The notes below the pieces were generated by a model. That model saw nothing but the letters and a program-made list of their open reading frames with translations, made no database searches and had not been told where the DNA came from. DNA of 64,000 bases from Nanobdellota archaeon (GTDB lineage Archaea; Nanobdellota; Nanobdellia; Woesearchaeales; JAHIVG01), in contig JAZDHH010000015.1 in assembly GCA_043806015.1 (NCBI GenBank), positions 13,796-77,795 of the forward strand, in the 5' to 3' direction. Made by a program: the position numbers and the translations under genes. The stretch's first letter is position 1, and every line of letters begins with the position of its first letter. Below are positions 55,820-64,000 of this stretch, piece by piece.

Positions 55820-56669
55820 GCAGCGCCTCCGCGATGAGCGGCGCAACGTCGATGCGGTTGCTCTGATGCGGGATCGTGTTGGTCGTGACGACCACCGCGC
55901 CGAGGCGGCGCAACTTTTCGTCTGCGTTTTCAGCGAAGATGCCATGCACCGCGAGGCAGACAATCCGTTTCGCCTTCTGGCGCTTTGCCTGCCGGATCAC
56001 TTCTAGCATGGTATGGCCGGAGCTGATGATGTCGTCCACGATGGCCACAGTCTGACCGCGCAGAGACTCCCTCGCTTCAGTTATATGGACGTGCTCGTCA
56101 TCAAACCGCTTTTTCTTGAGCACCATCGCCCGGGTCTTGGCGAGCCCTGCCACAGCCATCGCCCATTGGAAGCTCTCCTCGTCAGGACCGACGATAATCG
56201 CTTTAGGATAATGCGCTCGCAAGAATGCCGCCAAGAGTTTGACCGCGGTCAGGCGTTTCCCTTGCGGGAAGAGGGACTCGATGTTCGAGACCCGGTGCAG
56301 GTGCGGATCGATGGTGATGATCCTGCCCGCATATGCTGAGAAGAGACTGGTGAAGATGTGGTTGGACACCGCCTCGCCAGAATGGAATCTCGCGTCCTGC
56401 CGAAGGTAAGGCATATAGGGCACGACGAGCGTGATGCGCCTCGCACCCAGGTCGCGCAGCGTCGAGAGCGCGAAGATGAGCGGCAGGATCTTCGCGTTGG
56501 GATAGTGCAGCTGCGACACCACGACGACCTGCTGCTGCGGCTTCGGCACCTTGACGAGCGCCTCCCCGTCAGGGAAGTCGTGCTCCTGCAGGAGAGCGAA
56601 CGGCGCGCCGAGGATCTTCGCGACCTTCTTTGCGAGAGGGGCGGCGTCGGCAAAGGAAGTGACGAGCAT
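55806..56669 (-). CDS. prs: ribose-phosphate pyrophosphokinase
   Basis: PRPP synthetase N-terminal domain and PRPP-binding loop. Confidence 0.9.
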   Translation of the reverse strand: MLVTSFADAAPLAKKVAKILGAPFALLQEHDFPDGEALVKVPKPQQQVVVVSQLHYPNAKILPLIFALSTLRDLGARRITLVVPYMPYLRQDARFHSGEAVSNHIFTSLFSAYAGRIITIDPHLHRVSNIESLFPQGKRLTAVKLLAAFLRAHYPKAIIVGPDEESFQWAMAVAGLAKTRAMVLKKKRFDDEHVHITEARESLRGQTVAIVDDIISSGHTMLEVIRQAKRQKAKRIVCLAVHGIFAENADEKLRRLGAVVVTTNTIPHQSNRIDVAPLIAEALHGRD

Positions 56670-56704
56670 AGTGTCTCGCTGGCGCGGGGATTATATAAAG
56701 GTTT

Positions 56705-58309
56705 TTACAGCGCATCAGGATTCAGGAAGGTGCCGTCCACGCAGCTCCTCAGACCTTTCGAGGTCGCGCACCTGCCGCACAAGCCATTGCCGCACATGGT
56801 GCGGAATTCGACCGAGGACAGGATGCGCTCCGGGGGGAGGGAGCGCTGTTCGATGCGGATGGCCTCGCGGATCATGGGCTCGGGGCCTGCGTTGAGGCAT
56901 AAACCGGGCTTCAAGGAAGGAAGCTCTTTCGCGAGGAGCTGGGTGACCAGGCCTTTGAAGCCCACTTCCCCAGAATCTGTAGCAAGATGCATCCGGCAGC
57001 GCGTCTTGATATGCTCGACGCAGGAGAGGTGCTCCTTGGTCCTGCCCCCGAAGAAAGCCACGCAATCCGGATATCGTTTCAGGAACAGCGCCATGGCCGC
57101 GATGCCGGAGCCTCCGGCAACGAGGATTGCCGTGCCTTTCGGCTCAACGGGATTGCCGTAGGGGCCACGGAGATACAGGTCGTCCTTAGGTTTTAGGTCG
57201 CTCAGCCTACCTGAGACGAGCCCCCTCTTCTGGACGAGGATCTTGCAGGGCTGGTCGTCGAAAACAGCATAGGGCTTTTCCCCGGCGCCCGGCAGCCAGA
57301 CGAAGACGAATTGGCCGGGACGTATGCTGAAGCCGTGGTCGAGCGTAAGCAGCGAAAGGTCCGGGGCGAGCTGCTCATTTTCGGAAATGACGAATTTCTC
57401 GTATTGCATCGTCGACTCATGTAAAAACGCCTTCGCCGTTGCTGTGCCTTGCGCGAGGTCTTGAGAGAACGCGGAGAAATACGCTTTCGCCTGCTGCGTG
57501 CTCATGCCTGCGAGGGCTGATCCCACTCCGAAGAACTGGGCGCCTGCTTCCTTGTACGCTTGGACGTCTTCGGCAGAAGAGATGCCTCCGCAGGCGATGA
57601 TGGGCAGCTCGGTGAGCTGCCTGAGCCTTTTCACGTAGGCGACTCCTGCGGGAAGGATTGCCTTGCCTGAAATGCCGCCGACCGTGTTGCTCAGCACAGG
57701 AAATCCGTCATGCTCAAGCCGTATCGGTCCTTTAGTGTTAATCGCGACAAATCCTGCTGCCCCGCCTTTCAGCGCCGCCTGGACAACAAGCTCTGGCTCA
57801 AGGTTTGGCGAAAGCTTCACAAGGACCGGCTTGCCTTCTTTCGCTGCGGCTTCTGTGAGGGCATTGACAAGGGACGGATCTTGGCCACAAACCTGGCCGT
57901 AACGACGAGAATGGGGGCAGGAGACGTTGAGCTCGAAACCGTCTGCGTGGGGGCTGAGGTCGCGAGTGACTTTGCTTATCTCGTCCGGCGTACTGCCAAA
58001 AATCGAGGCGAGGAGGAAACGATCCGGCGGTAGCGATATTATTGAGAGTTGAGCGGCGAAGGCCTCGCTTCCCGGATTTGCGAGACCGACCGCATTGACA
58101 AAGGAGAGCCCTTGTTCATCGTACTGTGCGATGATCGGATCCTTGTTGCCTTCTTTCGGCTCAGGGCCTATGCTCTTCGTCGTCAGGATGCCGAGCTCGG
58201 GAATCTCGCGGGCTAGGCGCTCGATGGCCTGCGCCTGGGTCATGGCGATGCCCGACGGTATGGTGAAGGGGCCGCTGATGCGCTTGCCGAAGAATATGCA
58301 GCCGGGCAT
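56705..58309 (-). CDS. pyrD: dihydroorotate dehydrogenase (class 1B catalytic PyrD) fused to PyrK-like electron-transfer subunit
   Basis: N-terminal TIM-barrel DHOD sequence. C-terminal FAD/NAD-binding domain ending in CGNGLCGRC…C, a 2Fe-2S motif typical of PyrK. Single 534-aa ORF. Confidence 0.8.
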   Translation of the reverse strand: MPGCIFFGKRISGPFTIPSGIAMTQAQAIERLAREIPELGILTTKSIGPEPKEGNKDPIIAQYDEQGLSFVNAVGLANPGSEAFAAQLSIISLPPDRFLLASIFGSTPDEISKVTRDLSPHADGFELNVSCPHSRRYGQVCGQDPSLVNALTEAAAKEGKPVLVKLSPNLEPELVVQAALKGGAAGFVAINTKGPIRLEHDGFPVLSNTVGGISGKAILPAGVAYVKRLRQLTELPIIACGGISSAEDVQAYKEAGAQFFGVGSALAGMSTQQAKAYFSAFSQDLAQGTATAKAFLHESTMQYEKFVISENEQLAPDLSLLTLDHGFSIRPGQFVFVWLPGAGEKPYAVFDDQPCKILVQKRGLVSGRLSDLKPKDDLYLRGPYGNPVEPKGTAILVAGGSGIAAMALFLKRYPDCVAFFGGRTKEHLSCVEHIKTRCRMHLATDSGEVGFKGLVTQLLAKELPSLKPGLCLNAGPEPMIREAIRIEQRSLPPERILSSVEFRTMCGNGLCGRCATSKGLRSCVDGTFLNPDAL

Positions 58310-58585
58310 CTTTTCAGGGAGGTGGATAGCGGGGTCATTATTAAACCCTGCCTTCTTTTTATAGGGGATTGCCCCGAAGTTCTGTTTCCATAGGAAACGA
58401 TGGGGTGTTTTTTAGCCGTTTTTCCACACTGAGGGCTTCCCTTTATATGGGAAAGAGGTCTTAAGGGGCGGTTCCACGAGAAACTGAGGTGCCACCCTTT
58501 CTTGAAGCTATAGCTTGAAGAGCATTTAAAAACAGCAGGGTTTATAAAGGAGTAATCCTTTCTGTTTAAAAAGGGGGTGTGAACC

Positions 58586-59128
58586 ATGGGCAAGAAAGAA
58601 ATCCAAGTGGTCAACATCGTTGTCAGCACGAATCTCAAGCATGATATCCCGCTCGAAAAGATGGCTGCGACGCTCAGCAACACGGAATACAACCCCGAGC
58701 AGTTCCCCGGCCTGGTCATCCGCATCAAGGATCCGAAGACCAGCGCGCTGATCTTCTCCTCGGGCAAGATCGTCTGCACCGGCGCCCGCTCCATGGATAA
58801 GGTCGAGGAGAGCATCAAGAAGATCATCAAGAGTCTCGAGAAGATCAACGTCAAGATCACCATCAAGCCGGATATCAAGATCCAGAACATCGTGGCTTCC
58901 GGAACCGTCGGCATGGACCTCAACCTCAACGTGCTCGCCATGAAGCTCGACAACACGGAGTACGAGCCAGAGCAGTTCCCCGGCCTGGTCTACAAATTGC
59001 CTGAGGCAAAAGCGACCTTCCTGCTGTTCAGCAACGGCAAGGTTGTCTGCACCGGCACCAAGAGCGAAGAGGAAGTGCACAAGGCACTCGATAAGCTGAT
59101 CGAGAACCTGAAAAAAGTCCTCAAGTAA
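58586..59128 (+). CDS. tbp: TATA-box binding protein
   Basis: Two direct TBP repeats (…NIVVSTNLKHDIPLEKMA… and …NIVASGTVGMDLNLNVLA…). TATA-like elements at 58441-58563. Confidence 0.95.
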   Translation: MGKKEIQVVNIVVSTNLKHDIPLEKMAATLSNTEYNPEQFPGLVIRIKDPKTSALIFSSGKIVCTGARSMDKVEESIKKIIKSLEKINVKITIKPDIKIQNIVASGTVGMDLNLNVLAMKLDNTEYEPEQFPGLVYKLPEAKATFLLFSNGKVVCTGTKSEEEVHKALDKLIENLKKVLK

Positions 59129-59197
59129 CCGGAATATTTTCGTTTTTCCACCCTCATCCATATAAAGAGGTGAATCATCCCCTAGTGGGAACCCTGC

Positions 59198-61261
59198 ATG
59201 GAAGACGACGTCATGGAGATGGAGACCGCGAAGCCCGCCTTGAACGCGGCAGAGCAGATCCAGAAGTTCCAAGAATTCTTCGAGAGCCGCATGATGACCG
59301 AGCTCCTCGAGCAGGTGCGCAAGGGGCACACGTTCATCGTCATCGATTTCAACGAGATCTCCAAGCATGACATCGGCCTCGCTGAAGAAATCTTGGAATA
59401 TCCTGACGAGGTGATAAAAGCGGCCGAGCTCGCGGTGCTGCAGTTCGACCTGCCGGCGGAGCTCAAGCATTTCCATGTGCGTTTCCGCAACCTGTCGCAG
59501 AACGCGCAGGTCATGATCCGCGACATCCGCAGCAAGCACATCAACAAGTTCATCAGCATCCAAGGCGTGGTGCGCCAGAAGAGCGAGGTGCGACCCCAGG
59601 TGACGACCGTGCGCTTCGAATGCCCGAGCTGCGGCAACGTCATCACCATCCTGCAGCTGGACAGCTCCTGGAAGGAGCCGAGCCGATGCTCCTGCGGCCG
59701 CAAGGGCAAGTTCAAGCAGCTCTCCAAGGAACTCGTGGATGCACAAGGCCTCGTGGTCGAGGAATCCCCGGAAGACCTGACGGGCGGCGAGCAGCCAAAG
59801 CGCATGAACATCTTCCTCAAGGACGATCTCGTCTCGCCGCTGTCAGAGAAGAGGACCAACCCCGGAACCAAAATCAGGATCGCGGGCGTTGTCAAGGAAG
59901 TGCCCATCTTCACCCGCATGGGGACCAAAAGCACAAGGTTCGACCTGCTCGTCGAGGCCAACGGCGTCGAGGCGATCGCTGAGGACTTCTACGAGATCCT
60001 GATCACACCGGAAGAGGAGACGCAGATCAAGGAGATCGCTGCCGACCCGAAGGTCATGCAGCGGCTCGTCAACAGCTGCGCGCCATCCATCTACGGCCAT
60101 GACCGCGTCAAGGAAGCGCTGCTCCTGCAGCTCGCAGGCGGCGTGCACAAGACCAGGAGCGACGGCATGACCACGAGGGGGGACATGCATGTCCTGCTCG
60201 TCGGCGATCCCGGCGCTGGAAAAAGCCAGCTCCTCAAGCGCGTCAACCAGATCGCGCCGAAGTCGAGGTATGTGAGCGGAAAGGGCGCCAGCGGAGCCGG
60301 CTTGACCGCCTCTGTCGTCAAGGACGAGTTCCTGAAAGGCTGGAGCCTCGAAGCAGGGGCCTTAGTGCTCGCGAACAACGGCGTGTGCTGCATCGACGAG
60401 TTCGACAAGATGGACGTCGAGGACAGAGCTGCGATGCATGAAGCACTTGAACAACAAACGGTCTCCATAAGCAAAGCAAACATCCAAGCAACGCTCATCG
60501 CCCGCACTACCGTGCTCGCTGCCGCGAACCCGAAGCTCGGAAGGTTCGATCCTTACGACCTGCTCGCCAACCAGATCGACCTGCCCAGCACGCTCATCAA
60601 TCGTTTCGACCTCATCTTCCCCATCAAGGACCTTCCGGACAAGGATACGGACACCAAGATGGCCGCCCACATCCTCAGCCTGCATCAGAACCCGATGTTC
60701 GAGGAGCCGGAGATCTCCACGAATCTGCTGAAGAAGTACATCTCCTATGCGCGACAGCGCATCTCCCCGGTCCTTACCGACAGCGCCATCGAAGAGATCA
60801 AGGACTATTATCTCAAGATGCGGGACAAGAGCTCGACCGAGGAGGGGGGCATCAAGGCCGTGCCTATCAGCCCGCGCCAACTCGAAGCCCTGGTGCGCCT
60901 CGCAGAAGCTTCTGCAAAGCTCAGGATGAGCGACAAGGTGACCAAGCGGGACGCCAAACGGGCCATCGACCTGCTGCACTACTGCCTCCAGCAGATCGGC
61001 ATCGATCCGGAGACCGGAAAGATCGACATTGATCGCATCGCCACAGGGGTGCCTGCGACCGAGCGCAGCAAGATCGTCTCCATCCGGGAGATCATCCAGG
61101 ACCTCGAGAACCAGCTGGGCAAGACAATCCCCATCGATGACGTCATCAAGCTCGCCGCCGAGCGCGGCATCACCGAGGAGAAGGTCGAAGAAGCCATAGA
61201 AAAGCTCAAGCGCTCGGGCGATATCTTTGAGCCGAGGCACGGCTTCATCTCGAGGATTTAA
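59198..61261 (+). CDS. mcm: MCM replicative helicase
   Basis: Zn finger CPSCG…C, Walker A GDPGAGKS, Walker B/arginine finger regions, 687 aa. Confidence 0.95.
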   Translation: MEDDVMEMETAKPALNAAEQIQKFQEFFESRMMTELLEQVRKGHTFIVIDFNEISKHDIGLAEEILEYPDEVIKAAELAVLQFDLPAELKHFHVRFRNLSQNAQVMIRDIRSKHINKFISIQGVVRQKSEVRPQVTTVRFECPSCGNVITILQLDSSWKEPSRCSCGRKGKFKQLSKELVDAQGLVVEESPEDLTGGEQPKRMNIFLKDDLVSPLSEKRTNPGTKIRIAGVVKEVPIFTRMGTKSTRFDLLVEANGVEAIAEDFYEILITPEEETQIKEIAADPKVMQRLVNSCAPSIYGHDRVKEALLLQLAGGVHKTRSDGMTTRGDMHVLLVGDPGAGKSQLLKRVNQIAPKSRYVSGKGASGAGLTASVVKDEFLKGWSLEAGALVLANNGVCCIDEFDKMDVEDRAAMHEALEQQTVSISKANIQATLIARTTVLAAANPKLGRFDPYDLLANQIDLPSTLINRFDLIFPIKDLPDKDTDTKMAAHILSLHQNPMFEEPEISTNLLKKYISYARQRISPVLTDSAIEEIKDYYLKMRDKSSTEEGGIKAVPISPRQLEALVRLAEASAKLRMSDKVTKRDAKRAIDLLHYCLQQIGIDPETGKIDIDRIATGVPATERSKIVSIREIIQDLENQLGKTIPIDDVIKLAAERGITEEKVEEAIEKLKRSGDIFEPRHGFISRI

Positions 61262-61263
61262 TC

Positions 61264-61839
61264 ATGGCACTACGACCCGTCGCAGTCAAGCTGGACATCG
61301 GGACCGTACTCAAGACTCCCCTCCAGAGCCAGGGCGATTGGCAGCCTAACCGGCTGCTCCTGCATGACGGCACAGTGGCGGAGCGGCTGAACATCGTCGC
61401 CACGGTGGTCTCGGTCGCGGAGAAGGACTGCGCCATCGACGATGGAACAGGCATCGTGTCCTTACGCTTTCTCAGCGATATCCCTCCGGTGGGCAGCGTC
61501 GTGCAGCTCATCGCGAGAGTCCGGGAACTCAACGGCGAGAGGTATCTCACGTCGGAAATCTTGCGCGTCGTTGATTCCCGATGGCTGCAGGTGCGGAGGA
61601 AAGAGCTGCTGCCTTCCGGAGAGCAGCTGCCTGCGCCCCCGCCCCCTGAGCCGGTGGATGACCGACCAGTGGAAGCGGTCCTGAAGGCCGTCCGTGAGCT
61701 TGACGCCGGCCAGGGAGCGGACACGGATGAGGTCATCGCCGCGAGCAAGATCGGCAACGCCGAGGCCATCATCACCTCGCTGCTGAAAGAAGGCGAGATC
61801 TTCGAGCTGCGGCCAGGGAAGCTGAAAATTCTTGAATAA
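61264..61839 (+). CDS. OB-fold plus winged-helix protein, RPA32-like
   Basis: N-terminal OB-like beta-rich region and C-terminal wH-like …IIASKIGNAEAIITSLLKEGEIFEL…. Three nt downstream of the mcm stop. Confidence 0.45.
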   Translation: MALRPVAVKLDIGTVLKTPLQSQGDWQPNRLLLHDGTVAERLNIVATVVSVAEKDCAIDDGTGIVSLRFLSDIPPVGSVVQLIARVRELNGERYLTSEILRVVDSRWLQVRRKELLPSGEQLPAPPPPEPVDDRPVEAVLKAVRELDAGQGADTDEVIAASKIGNAEAIITSLLKEGEIFELRPGKLKILE

Positions 61840-61841
61840 AG

Positions 61842-62762
61842 TCAGAGCAGCGGCGAGACGTAGACCTCTACTAACGCCGCGACGACAAGCAAGCCAAGCG
61901 CGATGAAGACCAAGTTGGCGGTGTCGATCACGATGTTCCTGAAGCGGTCGGTCTCGAAGCTGTGGCGCACGATGGCGATGGAGATTATGCCGCCGGCGAC
62001 GCCCACGATCACATAGGCGAGGATCTCGAGGCCGCCGTGGAAGGCGACCCGCAGGAAGCCGTGTGAAAAGGACGCGAAATAGCCACCGATCTTAGCGATG
62101 CCGACCGCGCCGAGATAGGTCGCCAGCTTGTTGTTGATGAGGTTGCCCATGTAGACGCCGATCACCGCCGCGTTCCACAGCAGCACGAAGATTGCGCCGA
62201 ATCCGTACACCAGGGCGAAAAGCAGGCAGAAGAACATCACGCCGAGATTGTTGATGAATATCCGGAGGAGGGCGCCCGAGCTGAAGGCGTTGCCTGTGAC
62301 GTTGGAGTTGATGCTCTGGATGGTCTTGATCTGCGCCTCGAAAAGCGTCGCGGTGATGCCGCCGGGAAGCACGAGGAACCAGAAGAGCACGGAAAGCAGG
62401 GCGCCGAGGAACAGGTAGAAGAAGAGCATGACCGCCTTCGAATGCTCCTTGAGCAGCGGCAGTTCGGAAGCCGAGGTCTCGTCCTTCTTCTCCTCCAGGC
62501 GAAGCGTGTTGTAGATCAGGGGGATGGCCGCGAGCGTGGTCAGGAACACCATGATCATAGACGCGTAGCTCATGAAGATCCACCAGGAGAGGAACAGGGC
62601 TACGGAGTTGTAAAGGAACCCCACGAAGAGCATGAGATATGGCTTCGATTCCGCAGAAAGCGGGTTCGATATCGACTCCAGCACCATAGACGAGAAAAGG
62701 ACAAGCCGGTCTTTTAAATGTTTCGACAGCTTTAAATAGCATCGAGGATTCCCCGATAGCAT
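61842..62762 (-). CDS. DUF95/SpoIIM-family membrane protein
   Basis: …FINNLGVMFFCLLFALVYGFGAIFVLLWNAAVIG… is the typical topology and sequence. Confidence 0.6.
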   Translation of the reverse strand: MLSGNPRCYLKLSKHLKDRLVLFSSMVLESISNPLSAESKPYLMLFVGFLYNSVALFLSWWIFMSYASMIMVFLTTLAAIPLIYNTLRLEEKKDETSASELPLLKEHSKAVMLFFYLFLGALLSVLFWFLVLPGGITATLFEAQIKTIQSINSNVTGNAFSSGALLRIFINNLGVMFFCLLFALVYGFGAIFVLLWNAAVIGVYMGNLINNKLATYLGAVGIAKIGGYFASFSHGFLRVAFHGGLEILAYVIVGVAGGIISIAIVRHSFETDRFRNIVIDTANLVFIALGLLVVAALVEVYVSPLL

Positions 62763-63168
62763 GGATTACGAAGCCATGCTGGACAAGGGCATCGAGCAGC
62801 TGCCTGAATCGACCAAGAATACCGAACGTTTCGAGATACCGAAGGTGCTCGGCCATGTGCAGGGCAACAAGACAGTGATCAGTAACTTCGCCCAGATCGC
62901 GCAGACGCTCCGCCGCGACCCCGCGCACCTCCTTAAGTATATCCTCAAGGAGCTGGCGACACCCGGCGAACTCGACCAGAACCGCATGATCATCGGCCGC
63001 AAAGTGCCTGCGAGTGAAGTGAACCAGCGGATCGTCCAATATGCCACCACCTTCGTGATATGCACGGAATGCAAGCGCCCGGACACCGCGCTTGTCAAGG
63101 AAGGCAACACTACCACCCTCAAATGCTCGGCCTGCGGGGCCTCGAGACCGGTCCATGCAAAGATATGA
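62761..63168 (+). CDS. eif2b: translation initiation factor 2 subunit beta (aIF2beta)
   Basis: C-terminal CTECKRPDT…CSACG zinc ribbon. eIF2beta core. Confidence 0.85.
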   Translation: MDYEAMLDKGIEQLPESTKNTERFEIPKVLGHVQGNKTVISNFAQIAQTLRRDPAHLLKYILKELATPGELDQNRMIIGRKVPASEVNQRIVQYATTFVICTECKRPDTALVKEGNTTTLKCSACGASRPVHAKI

Positions 63169-63457
63169 TCTCACGCTCAAGAAGCATTACACTCCCGACG
63201 GCAGACTTCTCCTCGCAATCTGCGATTCTGAGCTCTTAGGCAAAAGGTTCTCTGAAGGCAACCTCCAGCTTGACCTCCGCCCTGGCTTTTATCAGGGTAA
63301 ACAGATGGCAGAAGCGGACGCCCTCAGGCTTATGCACGCCGCAAGCATCGTCCATGTGGTAGGCAAGAGGAGCGTCGCTGCGTTGAAGAAAGCGGGCTAC
63401 ACCGTCGCTCCCTTGAGCATCGATGGCGTGCCCCATGCCCAGCTCGTCCTCCTATGA
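63155..63457 (+). CDS. DUF424 family protein
   Basis: …LLLAICDSELLGKRF…IDGVPHAQLVL… pattern. The DUF424 assignment is by sequence-pattern resemblance only. Confidence 0.55.
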   Translation: MQRYDLTLKKHYTPDGRLLLAICDSELLGKRFSEGNLQLDLRPGFYQGKQMAEADALRLMHAASIVHVVGKRSVAALKKAGYTVAPLSIDGVPHAQLVLL

Positions 63458-63708
63458 AACGCATCATCGTGAAGGGCGTCGTCCAAGGGGTTGCCTACCG
63501 ATATTTTGCGAAGGATGCTGCCCATCGCCTAGGCATCGATGGCTGGGCGCGGAATCTCGAGGACGGCAGCGTCGAGATTATGGCCGAAGGGAAGAAAGTG
63601 GATGTGTTTCTTGCACTGTTGCGAAAAGGACCGATAGGCTCACACGTAACAGAAATCAGTGCCGAGGAGAAAAAAGGCCGTATCGCTCCCGGCTTCTCCA
63701 TCCGCTAG
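63454..63708 (+). CDS. acyP: acylphosphatase
   Basis: VKGVVQGVAYRYF…GWARNLEDGSVEIMAEG motifs, 84 aa. Confidence 0.85.
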   Translation: MKRIIVKGVVQGVAYRYFAKDAAHRLGIDGWARNLEDGSVEIMAEGKKVDVFLALLRKGPIGSHVTEISAEEKKGRIAPGFSIR

Positions 63709-64000
63709 CCGAACCATCTCCCCAAGCCTTCCTGCTTGTCCGCTTCCTTGCCGAAGACCGCCTCTATCCTGCGTTTGGTCAGCTCGAGGACCTGCTTGAG
63801 GTATGGAGGGAGGTCGTATTTCTCCGCGAGGCTGATGCTTGGCCCCATGTATTTGGTGACCGACCCTTCGCTGATCGTGAACAGCAGCTTGCCGCCGCAT
63901 TTGGTGCAGGAGCCGATAAGCGGAGGCCTCCGGAACTTCTGGTTGCACTTGACGCAGCGGAACTGCTGCATGGAGAATTTTCGCAGATTCCCTTTGGTGT
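63705..64000 (-). CDS. C-terminal part of a protein with a C4 zinc ribbon (CVKCNQKF…CTKCGG); 5' end lies outside the window
   Basis: The ORF is open to the window edge in frame. Confidence 0.4.
   Translation of the reverse strand, partial: TKGNLRKFSMQQFRCVKCNQKFRRPPLIGSCTKCGGKLLFTISEGSVTKYMGPSISLAEKYDLPPYLKQVLELTKRRIEAVFGKEADKQEGLGRWFG

Noticed and set aside
59182-59961. 259-aa minus-strand ORF
   Set aside because: Antisense to the 5' part of mcm.

Overview
High-GC archaeal chromosomal segment, probably from a DPANN-like lineage given the fused PriS-PriL primase, the multi-intron tRNA and the compact coupled genes. It is dominated by core information-processing genes: RPA, RadA, RadB, a PriS-PriL primase fusion, MCM, TBP, ABCE1, PAN, TyrRS, GatD/GatE, aIF2beta, ribosomal protein S2, TruD, TrmI and MBF1. 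Central metabolism is represented by GlnA next to a divergent Lrp gene, GlmS with a sugar nucleotidyltransferase, MAT, Prs, a PyrD-PyrK fusion and Adk. Three tRNA genes are present; one (tRNA-Arg CCT) appears to carry two non-canonical introns. The observations that best repay follow-up are: (1) a conserved, covarying structured ~110-nt element found in two tRNA loci, once as a putative T-loop intron and once flanked by 13-bp direct repeats of the tRNA-Cys 5' end; (2) an array of three ~33-bp palindromic repeats spaced ~159 bp apart in a non-coding gap between convergent genes, next to two HTH proteins; (3) five tandem type IV pilin-like genes with class III signal peptides; (4) a four-gene cassette of small HTH, HTH, PIN-like and nuclease-like proteins that could be a defence or toxin-antitoxin module; (5) a PC4-like small gene translationally coupled to radA. 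Many long ORFs in the six-frame track are GC-driven antisense artefacts and were rejected.
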